DNA from: Acidobacteriota bacterium
GTDB lineage: Bacteria > Acidobacteriota > Terriglobia > Terriglobales > SCQP01
DNA: 64,000 nt
Assembly (NCBI GenBank): GCA_021818955.1
Contig: JAKASR010000019.1
Span: 5,400 to 69,399 of the forward strand
Reading direction: 5' to 3'
Shown here piece by piece: positions 38,501-47,375 of the stretch. The notes beneath the pieces were generated by a model. That model was not told the origin of the DNA and did no database searches. It saw nothing but the letters and a program-made list of their open reading frames with translations. The position numbers and the translations under genes were made by a program. Within the stretch, counting starts at the first letter, position 1. Each line of letters opens with the position of its first letter.

Positions 38501-38683
38501 ATGAAATACAAGTATCAATCCGTATCCATCGCTGCAGAAAACGACAAAGTATTCGAGCAAAAATTCAAAGAAACAGCCAACGCGCAGGGAAGAAGCGGTT
38601 GGCGTGTTGTTTCAATCAAACGTATGTTTGGCGAACAAAAGTTCGCTGTCATTTTCGAAAAACCAATAACTGACAAAATATAA
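38501..38683 (+). CDS. DUF4177-like small protein
   Basis: KYKY...ANAQGRSGWRVVSI...VIFEKP pattern. Confidence 0.6.
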   Translation: MKYKYQSVSIAAENDKVFEQKFKETANAQGRSGWRVVSIKRMFGEQKFAVIFEKPITDKI

Positions 38684-38730
38684 AACGACAAAACAGCTGC
38701 CCCGTCCAGGGACAGCCGCTTTGTCGTTTT
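38682..38730. terminator. Bidirectional terminator between convergent operons
   Basis: aaaacgacaaa...tttgtcgtttt inverted repeat. Confidence 0.6.
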
Positions 38731-38744
38731 GTTCCGGCTGGCGA

Positions 38745-39176
38745 TTAGCCGCCGGCTCTCGCAAGGTCGATTAGCTCCTCTCGGCTTGGCTGGGCAGTCC
38801 AGGCTAGGATGCCGTACGGTGCCATCTTTGCAGCCCAACCGTCACGGGCTCGGCTGGAATGCCTACCGCACATTAGGACGGTATGGCCTAGCGTGCGGGT
38901 AGCCCGTTTGCCGCATTGCGGCACCTCGCATCGTGGCGCAGCCGCACGCCAGCGTTCACGCTCTTTTTGTAGCCGTTCGATTCGGCGATTGTGACAGCTT
39001 ACACAGATGACACCTTCGAGTGATCCGGTAAGCGTCGTATGGTATCCACCCGTTACACGTTCCGACTCCCATTTTCCAAAGCCGAGCAGACTTTCGTCTG
39101 CTCGGCAATCGTCGCATTTCGCGTTGGGAAACGTGGCTTTGTCTAGAGGTCCATACCAGCATTTTTGTACGGTCAT
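38745..39176 (-). CDS. Hypothetical Cys-rich phage protein
   Basis: CDDC, CVSC, CEVPQC...CGRH. Confidence 0.6.
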   Translation of the reverse strand: MTVQKCWYGPLDKATFPNAKCDDCRADESLLGFGKWESERVTGGYHTTLTGSLEGVICVSCHNRRIERLQKERERWRAAAPRCEVPQCGKRATRTLGHTVLMCGRHSSRARDGWAAKMAPYGILAWTAQPSREELIDLARAGG

Positions 39177-39376
39177 AAAACCCTCCGTAATCTGTACAAC
39201 GCTGGCCTAATCGTGGCCAGCTTGTAAGGCAAACGTTCCAGTAATAACAAACCCCTAACCTGATTCGGTTCCAGCCATATTACGGCTTTGCCGTGCTTGG
39301 CGATCAGGTTCCGGATTGCGGCTTCAATGTTGGGCATGCCTTGATAATGGCTGAGGCCTAAAGTTGGGTTTAGCAT
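39173..39376 (-). CDS. Hypothetical phage protein
   Basis: 67-aa ORF with a 4-nt overlap to the next gene. Confidence 0.45.
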   Translation of the reverse strand: MLNPTLGLSHYQGMPNIEAAIRNLIAKHGKAVIWLEPNQVRGLLLLERLPYKLATIRPALYRLRRVL

Positions 39377-39561
39377 GGGTTATTCGCCATCCTTTCTTGC
39401 TGACATCACTACTCTCACCATTGCAGCCGCTAGGATGCTGCCCGCTAATGCCTCAGCGTTTGGCGGGATACCTTGGATTGTGTCGCCTTGCATCCTTAGG
39501 CGCAGATACTCGAATGCGTGGTTTAGCTTGCGTAGTGCTTCGCGTGCTTTGCGTGACATGG

Positions 39562-40365
39562 CTATTCATTCTCCTTTGCGTCGATCTCGCCACGGCCAGC
39601 CCGTAAAATCACATCAGCCGCATGCATGATGCGACGTGCGTTAGTTTCGGGTATCGGCGACCGTCCAAACCAAGCCTGTATGTAGCCACGCATCTCGGGT
39701 TGGCCGTCAATGCCTAAGGCATCACAAACCAGCAATGCTGTGGCTTCGGCTTCGAGTTCTTCGATACTACGTGGTGCGCGACCATCCGAAGCGAGCACGT
39801 CAGGGTCGATGTGACCGTGTACTATATGGGCTATTTCGTGGACAAGCGTCTTTTCAGGATGCGGATTGACGGGGTTAATTGCGACGGTACGATTGCCCGT
39901 CGCATAGCCCATGATGTTTCCATTAAAATTGTCAAACGGAACCCGAGAGATATTTAACGTGCGTAAAGCTTGATTCGGATCCCATTCAGCGACGGGCTCG
40001 GGAACGTAATCTTTACCGTCAGTCTGCGCCAGTAAAAACCAGTTCCGGCGAAAGATAAAACGGGTAAAAACGTATTCCGTTTCCTCGCCCGTAACTTTGT
40101 CGCGTTCGGCACGCTTGCTAGTGACGGGCATACACAATTCGATTGCTTTCTCGCCCTTGCGAACTTGGCGTCCAAGCGCTTGCCAAGCCGGATAGGTAGC
40201 AATCGGCCCAAACGGCAGTTTGCGGTCTTCAATCTGTATCGCTGCCAATATCAAATTGCCCATCGAAAAACGATGGAACGATTGATATGCAGCCGAAATT
40301 GTCCCGGGTTGGGATACGGCATCTTGCAGCAATTGCGCCCATTTTATCTGCTGTTCGGAGGTCAT
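39562..40365 (-). CDS. ardC: ArdC-like ssDNA-binding antirestriction protein with a zincin domain
   Basis: ATYPAWQALGRQVRKGEKA, HEIAH, ELEAEATA...ALGI, YIQAW. Confidence 0.85.
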   Translation of the reverse strand: MTSEQQIKWAQLLQDAVSQPGTISAAYQSFHRFSMGNLILAAIQIEDRKLPFGPIATYPAWQALGRQVRKGEKAIELCMPVTSKRAERDKVTGEETEYVFTRFIFRRNWFLLAQTDGKDYVPEPVAEWDPNQALRTLNISRVPFDNFNGNIMGYATGNRTVAINPVNPHPEKTLVHEIAHIVHGHIDPDVLASDGRAPRSIEELEAEATALLVCDALGIDGQPEMRGYIQAWFGRSPIPETNARRIMHAADVILRAGRGEIDAKENE

Positions 40366-40634
40366 TAGTTTGTACCTCCGTCGACCGTAAACTTTTGTAT
40401 AAGAATAGAGTCATTAAATCTGTTTCGCCATTCTGCAATAAATTTATCGTCCGGTTTTGCTGGATAGTACCGTTTCCACCCTAAGCTTTCTGCGTTGCTT
40501 ATGCTGGAAACTGCTAATGCAGTTTCGTAGGTATCAGTTACGCTAAGTACTTTGCTGCCTACTTCGCTGCCATCGTTCCATGATATGGTGATCACGTAAA
40601 CGGGAGCCCGTTTTACCTGTTGTTTGGAGGTCAT
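40365..40634 (-). CDS. Hypothetical phage protein
   Basis: Coupled by TAATG overlaps; GGAGG RBS. Confidence 0.65.
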   Translation of the reverse strand: MTSKQQVKRAPVYVITISWNDGSEVGSKVLSVTDTYETALAVSSISNAESLGWKRYYPAKPDDKFIAEWRNRFNDSILIQKFTVDGGTN

Positions 40635-40990
40635 TAGAGCGTACCTCCGTCAACAAAGTAATATTCAATGGCAGGGTACTCATCGCCTTCAAATTCTTCG
40701 TCCAAAAGACCATCCAAAAATTGGATGGCGTTGTAGATATGCTGATCGACGCTGGCATGTTCGCAATCATCCGAGCCGTAAGACTCGGCACAGCAAACTT
40801 GCATGCCAAGATCGCGTGCCAATTCCGGATAGTCCATATCCGTACGGATACGGGCAATGCGCCCATCTTCGGCTACGAGATCATAGCCGACAGGTTGGGC
40901 TGCTTTTAAGGTGAAAGCCATTGGTTTTTCTTCCAATGGCACGATGGATGGTTTAGTATTAGCGGTATGCGTGCATCGTGCCTGCTTCAC
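40634..40990 (-). CDS. Hypothetical phage protein (start may be MAFTL)
   Basis: Coupled to the next gene through the same junction repeat. Confidence 0.6.
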   Translation of the reverse strand: MKQARCTHTANTKPSIVPLEEKPMAFTLKAAQPVGYDLVAEDGRIARIRTDMDYPELARDLGMQVCCAESYGSDDCEHASVDQHIYNAIQFLDGLLDEEFEGDEYPAIEYYFVDGGTL

Positions 40991-41224
40991 GCTGCCGCTA
41001 GGGCTGCTCAGATGTTGATCGCATCTGGACAGCCCGCTTGTTTTTAAAAACCCGAATCGCGCAATTGCGAATTGAGCAAAACAAGCATGTCGACATAAAA
41101 CCGTCGATCTGAAAACTTGTCAACAAAAAAATGCAAGAAAATAAAAATAGTTTATAACTCGCCTAATACCAGATATTTACAAGCCGTAAGCCAGGCAAAA
41201 AATGTTTACCTGAATCGTTAATAG

Positions 41225-41557
41225 ATGACCTATTCAGACTCGCTGATTACGATTGCTGCTCTTTACGTTTGGCGCAATGCGCCATCTGTGTCGATTGCAA
41301 ACGCCATGCTACTATGTATGCGAAACCGCAGTAAAAATGCGGGTATCAGCGATGTTTTAGACGATCTTGTATGCGATTCGCCAATTGATAGCGTACCGAA
41401 AGATGATGACGTTAGGTATCGATCCATCCTACAATCTGCGCAGCGAATTTTACGGCAAGATAGTGACGAAGATGACATTACCTATGGCGCGACAAATTGG
41501 ACTCGGGTAAACGACAAAAAAGCCAAGCTAATAATCGACGGTTTCTATTTTTCGTAG
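41225..41557 (+). CDS. SleB/Hydrolase_2-like cell-wall hydrolase homologue, apparently lacking the catalytic Glu
   Basis: ALYVWRNA (vs xWREARGE), MRNR, DITYGATNW, IDGFYF. Confidence 0.5.
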   Translation: MTYSDSLITIAALYVWRNAPSVSIANAMLLCMRNRSKNAGISDVLDDLVCDSPIDSVPKDDDVRYRSILQSAQRILRQDSDEDDITYGATNWTRVNDKKAKLIIDGFYFS

Positions 41558-41880
41558 CGTAAAAATTACGCTACGAAATAATAAACTACAAATCTTGTAG
41601 AGTTAAATAACGCTACGAAATAATAAGCTACAAAATAGCCTACAAAAATAAACTACGAAAATGAGTGTTACAACGTGTAACTGTGATAAACTACACATAT
41701 AGTAGTATCAGATTGCGATATATTTTCATCGTGCCGTGTATACCGAATTTTCCAGTATATAAGCAAATCTAAGCTATTGATAATAAAGACTATAACTAGA
41801 TTACATAATTCTAAGCCAAGCATACACGCGACCAATTATGCAGCAATTATGCGACTACAAGTTCGTAGCTATTTTGTAAG
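41550..41880. repeat. AT-rich region with CTAC(A/G)AAA repeats, a 13-bp hairpin and an IHF consensus site
   Basis: Perfect stem 41550-41562/41566-41578; acgctacgaaataataa x2; taagctattgata at 41770-41782 matches WATCAANNNNTTR on the minus strand. Confidence 0.7.
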
Positions 41881-42213
41881 CTGCTGAAAACAATAGGCTT
41901 ATTTAAGGTTCCATTTTCAGAAAAACGGGTATGCCACGGAGTCTTGCCATCGCTGGCAGCCGGCTTTACAATGCACTGACGAGCGAAAAATGACGATGTG
42001 AAGTAATAGGTTCCATCTACACTGTACACCCACGACTTATAACACTCGTTCCGTCGCACCCGCTGGCCGCCCTGCGGCGATCTCACCCAAGGCAGCCCCA
42101 ACTACCCCTCAGCATCCCAAAGCCTGTTATAGCTCATCGTAGGACGCTTTTCGACTTATGCTACAAGTTTTTCGACTATCTACCCCATCAGTACAAGGGA
42201 CTCACCAGTTGGC

Positions 42214-42537
42214 ATGGCTGGTGTTTTCGCTTCCTCCAAAACGGCGGCTCGGCGACTTACCGGGCCGCCGGCTCATCTTATGCAGCAGTTCTTCTCCCGA
42301 CTAAAATCTTGGCTTTCGCGGATGCTCAGCGAGCAGGATGGTACCCCGTCATCGTCCCGCGTCATGTCGCTGGCGTTGACGGCCACGAGCATCGGCATCT
42401 TAATCGCCCTGGCCACCTACATCCTGCGCGACGGCAAGTATGCCCACGCCGTAATCTCTCATCTTGCCGAAATTGTCCCAGCGCTGGGCGCTCTATCTGG
42501 CGTTCACTACGGTCTAAACCGCCTCGGCCGCCAATAA
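42214..42537 (+). CDS. Holin-like two-TM membrane protein
   Basis: SEQDGTPSSSRVMSL motif, two TM segments, YGLNR. Confidence 0.6.
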   Translation: MAGVFASSKTAARRLTGPPAHLMQQFFSRLKSWLSRMLSEQDGTPSSSRVMSLALTATSIGILIALATYILRDGKYAHAVISHLAEIVPALGALSGVHYGLNRLGRQ

Positions 42538-42574
42538 CTCGACTATAGGTTCCATCCACAGAGGCGTATTACCG

Positions 42575-42883
42575 ATGATGGCACTAGAACATCTATTAGG
42601 CGGCGACGGCGACCACGAAGCCGCAGCTGACCATAGCGAGCATGACCCCGTAGCCCCGCACGCGCTCATGGATTCCATACATCATTTACGCAAGGGTGCG
42701 CTTCACGCCCAATTACACGTACCCGTAGGCACCGACATCCCTGTAGAGCGTTTAGAAGAAGCGTCCCACTCGCACGATCAGCTACTCGCCCGCAGAGCTC
42801 GCTTGGCGCTCACCATGCGGTCTTGGCATCACGGGCGTCCAGGCCCGCACGATAGCGAAGCCGGCGTCCACTCTAGCGACTAG
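42575..42883 (+). CDS. His-rich small phage protein
   Basis: KGALHAQLHVPVGTDIP..RL..AS...RRARLALTM resembles a small phage-protein motif; many His. Confidence 0.55.
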   Translation: MMALEHLLGGDGDHEAAADHSEHDPVAPHALMDSIHHLRKGALHAQLHVPVGTDIPVERLEEASHSHDQLLARRARLALTMRSWHHGRPGPHDSEAGVHSSD

Positions 42884-42887
42884 CTAC

Positions 42888-44879
42888 GTGCCTGACGTTG
42901 AAACAGCAGCAGAAGGAAGGTCCAAACTCTGCGCCTGCGGCTGCGGCACTCCCCTTAAAAACCCCCACTCCACTTGGGCTCACGGCCACTACCGTATAGT
43001 CAACCCCCTCGTCCGCAAGGGCTCAACGTACGAGGTCAGCCCCGAGCAAAAGGCCGTACTCCGCGAGCGTTTGGATCGCCTGCGGCACGAGGGTATACAG
43101 ATCGACGAGTACGCCCGCTCTCAAGGCTGGGCCAAATCGCCGCAGCCAGACGAGCGCCACGCTGGGCGCATGAAGATGGCCTGGTCGGCCAGCCAGAAGG
43201 TGACGGCCCGTAAGGCTCTAGGACTCGAAATATACGATCAGCTGGCGGAGCGTGCAAAGAAAGAGGATCCGTCCACCGCTTGTCGCAAGGCTGATCTGCT
43301 TGACGGCATTCCACTGACCGACTTGAAACCCGCACAAATCAAGCAGTATAGGCGCAAAGCCCAGACCGATCTTTGGTGGTTCTCGACAGAAGTTTGGGGT
43401 TTACCGTTAGTACCTCGTGTCCACCGGGAGATGGTTGATCTGTTCCCGGCACGCGATCCAGACGTACCATTCCCGCACCAATCCGAGGGTAAGCGCCGGT
43501 TACTGGTGGCATCACGTAATTCATTCAAAAGTTCGTTGTCTGTCTGCGCCATCGCGCAGCTAATTCTTTGCGCACCTGACATCCGTATTTTGCTCTTGCG
43601 GGGCACCCGCAATCTCGCCAAGCAGCAGCTGGCCGAGATTAAAAACGCTTTCGTGCGTAACCCAAAAATGAAGCTGCTCTTTCCTGAGTTCTGCGCCGAC
43701 AAAAAGAAGCAGTTGGGCGGCGCTGAAGAATTTCTCTGTCCGGCGCGGCAGCATGAGCGCCGCGAACCGACCATCTCTATCTCTACGCCCGAGTCCGAAA
43801 TGACGGGCCTCCACGTCGACTACATCGCTGTGGACGACATCGTAAACCCCTCTAGTGTCAACACCCCCGACCAAATACAAAAAGCCCTGGCGGCGTATCA
43901 CGCCCTGACTCCGATCCTGGAGCCGTGGGGCGAGCTCACGGTGCTGAACACTCCGTATGTGGTCGGCGACCTGACCTACGTCATCCGCCAATCACACGAG
44001 GATGCCGGTGCGAAATCGCCCTGGCGCATCGTTTGGCGCGGCGCATGGACTCAAAAGCCCAACACGCCACCCAACAGCGCCAATCCTGCGGATTACGATT
44101 TGTGGTACCCGGAGCGTCTAAGCTGGGACACCCTCCAGCAAATCAAACGAGAGATGGAGGCGACGGGGCATGGCGCGATCTTCCGGGCGCAATATCTCTG
44201 CGAGTTCAGCAGCGCCAGCGAAACGGCAAAAATAGACGAAAACGTCCTACTGCTGCGCACCGTTCCAGCGACTCAGCTACCAGCGCGTGACCCATCCCGC
44301 ACTTTTATTTTTTGGGATCTTGCCTATGCTTCCAGCGGCCCCAACGCAGACTACACGGTTGCGCTTGTCGGCCAATTCGACACCGCCGGGCGTTTGTATG
44401 TAATAGATTGCGTCCACGAGCATCTCGGGCCATTCGAACTCGCCGGCCGCATCGTAGAATTGGCCGGTCGCTGGGAGCCAGTCGCGGTCGGCATCGAAGA
44501 CTCTCTGGGCGCTAAATTCTTGTTGCCCCAAATCCAGCAGATGGCCGCCGCCAGCGGTACCCGGATAGACAATCTCGTTTGGATTACTCCGAGCCGTAAA
44601 AAAGGCGCAAAAATGGAGCGGATTTTAGGACTTGAAGCTTTCGTCAAAGGCAACCGTCTACTTTTTAGCGCCGGACTTCCAAACCTAAAAGAGTTATACA
44701 GACAGTTATCGAAGCCCGGCGTGGGCCACGACGATATGTCGGATGCCCTGGCTTACTTGATGACGTTCCAGGATCGTGTCTACTCGTCGAATGATCTATG
44801 GGAGCGTATTACGCAGCAGGAAGCGCCGGCCCAGTCTGATGTGCTGGAGACAGCGTCCCCTTTGGGCTACGGCTGGTAG
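42888..44879 (+). CDS. Terminase large subunit with an N-terminal extension
   Basis: LLVASRNSFKSS Walker A, YIAVDDIV Walker B, FWDLAY and HDDMSDA nuclease motifs; N-terminal CACGCG. Confidence 0.9.
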   Translation: MPDVETAAEGRSKLCACGCGTPLKNPHSTWAHGHYRIVNPLVRKGSTYEVSPEQKAVLRERLDRLRHEGIQIDEYARSQGWAKSPQPDERHAGRMKMAWSASQKVTARKALGLEIYDQLAERAKKEDPSTACRKADLLDGIPLTDLKPAQIKQYRRKAQTDLWWFSTEVWGLPLVPRVHREMVDLFPARDPDVPFPHQSEGKRRLLVASRNSFKSSLSVCAIAQLILCAPDIRILLLRGTRNLAKQQLAEIKNAFVRNPKMKLLFPEFCADKKKQLGGAEEFLCPARQHERREPTISISTPESEMTGLHVDYIAVDDIVNPSSVNTPDQIQKALAAYHALTPILEPWGELTVLNTPYVVGDLTYVIRQSHEDAGAKSPWRIVWRGAWTQKPNTPPNSANPADYDLWYPERLSWDTLQQIKREMEATGHGAIFRAQYLCEFSSASETAKIDENVLLLRTVPATQLPARDPSRTFIFWDLAYASSGPNADYTVALVGQFDTAGRLYVIDCVHEHLGPFELAGRIVELAGRWEPVAVGIEDSLGAKFLLPQIQQMAAASGTRIDNLVWITPSRKKGAKMERILGLEAFVKGNRLLFSAGLPNLKELYRQLSKPGVGHDDMSDALAYLMTFQDRVYSSNDLWERITQQEAPAQSDVLETASPLGYGW

Positions 44880-44904
44880 TTTATGTCCCTAAAAAGCAAC
44901 AAAT

Positions 44905-44927
44905 TGACTTCTCGTCGCTATATATAG
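44905..44927 (+). promoter_or_regulatory. TGACTT-N12-TATAG box abutting the portal ATG
   Basis: ttgacttctcgtcgctatatatagATG. Confidence 0.65.
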
Positions 44928-47045
44928 ATGCCAGAAATCCCCCAGCCGGCGCTCCCTACATCGACGCCCCTAGACCAGCAGCCAGCATCGGCATTCCCCT
45001 ACCACGGCATTACAGCCGACGATCTGGCCCTGGCGCTTGTAGTCCAAGATGCCAACCGTGCGGAATCCTGGTTACAGTCCAAACTTTGGGTACAGTCCTG
45101 GGATGCGGCGCAACTGCTATATGAGGCCGTCGTCCCGCCAGACCAAATCCGCATGTGGCCGGGCACCAAAAAGCCCCGCGCCCACCTGCAGATACCGCTG
45201 CTTTTCCAGGTCTTGGAATCGCTACAGCCGCAGATCGTGGATGGTTTATTCGCTGCGGAGCCGCCTTTCTCTTTTGAGCCGCGCCCGGGCACACAAGCCG
45301 ACGTTGCCCGCGCAGCGGCTCGAATTGTTGAGTACCAGCTAGACGATCTCGACGTCCGTGAGGAGTACCGCAAAGGCGTCAAGTCTCTATTGCTTTTTGG
45401 CTCGGCATTCTGGAAATGGGGTTGGGAAACCTATCAACGCACCCGTAAAATCTGGCGCCGTAAAGAGCAGGTCGCCACAGTCCAGGTCGCGGGCACGGTG
45501 CAGACTATACCCTCCGACAGCCCCGATGATTTTGAGTTGGCCGAAGAGTTAGTCAACATCAGCCGCCCAACCTTCGAGCACGTAAATATTAGGCATTTGT
45601 TGGTAGACCCAACGCTGGCTGAGCCCGACATCCGCAAAGCCAAGTTTGTTATTCATCGGATGTACTTGTCAGCAAATCAGCTTGACGATTTGCGCAACCA
45701 GGACGGCTATGAGATCCCCGACCGCGAGACGCTGCGCGGCTATTTCTTCCCCGCCGCAGAGACTGCACTGCCGTCAGCTATGGAGTTGTCCGGCGCTGCC
45801 GTTAACGGCCCCATATCGCCGCTCCCACGTTTTGAAAAAGCCACCAGCGATCCGATGGAGCAGCCGCTAGAAGTATTAGAGTATTGGACAGCTGATAAAT
45901 GTGTCGTCGTCGTACAGAAAAAGCTGGTCATTAAAAATCAGACTAATGAGTTTGGCCGCATCCCATTTTTTAGCGCGACTTTTGCCGACATCCCCAACAA
46001 CGGTGTCTACGGTCTCGGCTTGGGCAGACTGATCGGCGTCGAGCAGCAATTAGTCTCTGCCATTACAAACATGCGGCTGGACGAGGTCGCGCTAAACCTA
46101 TACGGGCTTTATAAGGGCAAGCGCGGCTCGGGCATGATGCCGGAGAGCGTGCCGGTTGCTCCCGGCCACGTCATAAAAATGGACGATCCGAGCAAGGATC
46201 TACTGGCGGTAGAACGCCAGCCCGTCCTAAACGAAGCCTATCAAGAGGTAGCCATCGCCAGCGCCCGCGCCGAAGCCACGAGCGGCGCAAACCAGCTAAC
46301 CGTCCAAGGACAGTTGCCACAGCCTGGTGGCAGGTCTTCGATTACACGTACAGCAACGGGTGCAAGCATTCTCGGTAACGCTGCCGGCGCACGGCTCCAG
46401 GCGCTGGTCGACCAGATCGCGCAGCAAGCGTTCGAGCCTATGCTGTACGCGTTCGCCGAGATGAATTCGTTGCGCCTGCCGCCGAATGAGATGCGCCGCT
46501 TGTTAAATGACGAGTTACAGCAGGCTTATAGCGGTGACATGCTCGATGTCATGAATGCTCGCGTCAAGTTTAGCTGTCTGGCCGCCAGCAACCTGCAAGC
46601 ACGCCGCGCCCTAGCGCAGGCTTTGCCCATCATGGCTGAGTTTCTACTGCAAGGGCCAATCCCGCAGATGCTATCGCAGCAAGCAAAAAAGATTGATGTC
46701 GGCGAATTTGTAAACCTGCTATTCGACGTGACGGGTTACAAAGACGAGCAATCGCTAATCGTGGCGATGACGGCGGACGATGAGCAGCGTGCAATCGCCA
46801 TGAGCCAAACCGGCCAGCAAGCATTGTTGCAGCAACAAAAACACCAGCATAAGCAGCAGCAGCTGGCGCAACAGCACGCGCAGAACGTGGATAAAACGCA
46901 AGAGGAAGGCGCGGCAGATATGACTAAAACTATCGCCAGTCAAGCGCTGCAGCAGGCCGAGGACAAACTTTTGTGGCAGCAAGAAAAACAGGTTTTGCAA
47001 TCCGGCGAGCCTGGCAGCGCACCTGGATTTGGAAGTCAGGAGTAA
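44928..47045 (+). CDS. Portal protein
   Basis: Follows TerL; 705 aa; SLLLFGSAFWKWGW, YGLGLG, acidic/Gln-rich tail; P22/T7-type portal organisation. Confidence 0.85.
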   Translation: MPEIPQPALPTSTPLDQQPASAFPYHGITADDLALALVVQDANRAESWLQSKLWVQSWDAAQLLYEAVVPPDQIRMWPGTKKPRAHLQIPLLFQVLESLQPQIVDGLFAAEPPFSFEPRPGTQADVARAAARIVEYQLDDLDVREEYRKGVKSLLLFGSAFWKWGWETYQRTRKIWRRKEQVATVQVAGTVQTIPSDSPDDFELAEELVNISRPTFEHVNIRHLLVDPTLAEPDIRKAKFVIHRMYLSANQLDDLRNQDGYEIPDRETLRGYFFPAAETALPSAMELSGAAVNGPISPLPRFEKATSDPMEQPLEVLEYWTADKCVVVVQKKLVIKNQTNEFGRIPFFSATFADIPNNGVYGLGLGRLIGVEQQLVSAITNMRLDEVALNLYGLYKGKRGSGMMPESVPVAPGHVIKMDDPSKDLLAVERQPVLNEAYQEVAIASARAEATSGANQLTVQGQLPQPGGRSSITRTATGASILGNAAGARLQALVDQIAQQAFEPMLYAFAEMNSLRLPPNEMRRLLNDELQQAYSGDMLDVMNARVKFSCLAASNLQARRALAQALPIMAEFLLQGPIPQMLSQQAKKIDVGEFVNLLFDVTGYKDEQSLIVAMTADDEQRAIAMSQTGQQALLQQQKHQHKQQQLAQQHAQNVDKTQEEGAADMTKTIASQALQQAEDKLLWQQEKQVLQSGEPGSAPGFGSQE

Positions 47046-47051
47046 AAAGGT

Positions 47052-47375
47052 ATGGCCGACATATTTCAAGGGTTAGGCGACGACCCCAACGACGAGCCGC
47101 GCGAAGCGCTTGAACAGCGAGTAAATGAAACCGTCGAGCGGGCGAACAATCTAACGTCGCTCAAGCTGCACGCCGGCTGGCAATTGGTAGTCGCCGAGAT
47201 TCAACGTCTACGCGCCGAAGCTGAAAAAGAGTTTCGCGAGCTGAAGACCGCCGAAGCCCACGTTATTGTGGGCGCTCACCGCAAAGTTCAGGCGATAGAC
47301 GGCGTCCTAACCCACATTGAGCAATGGATCGAGCGAGCAATCGAAGACGCAAAAACCGCGTCAAAGGAGTGGTAG
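47052..47375 (+). CDS. Hypothetical head-region protein
   Basis: GWQLVV...helical; conserved position between portal and scaffold. Confidence 0.65.
   Translation: MADIFQGLGDDPNDEPREALEQRVNETVERANNLTSLKLHAGWQLVVAEIQRLRAEAEKEFRELKTAEAHVIVGAHRKVQAIDGVLTHIEQWIERAIEDAKTASKEW

Noticed and set aside
35252-44879. Inteins in the primase-helicase or terminase
   Set aside because: No C/S...HN-C/S/T splice junctions or LAGLIDADG blocks; lengths are explained by normal domains
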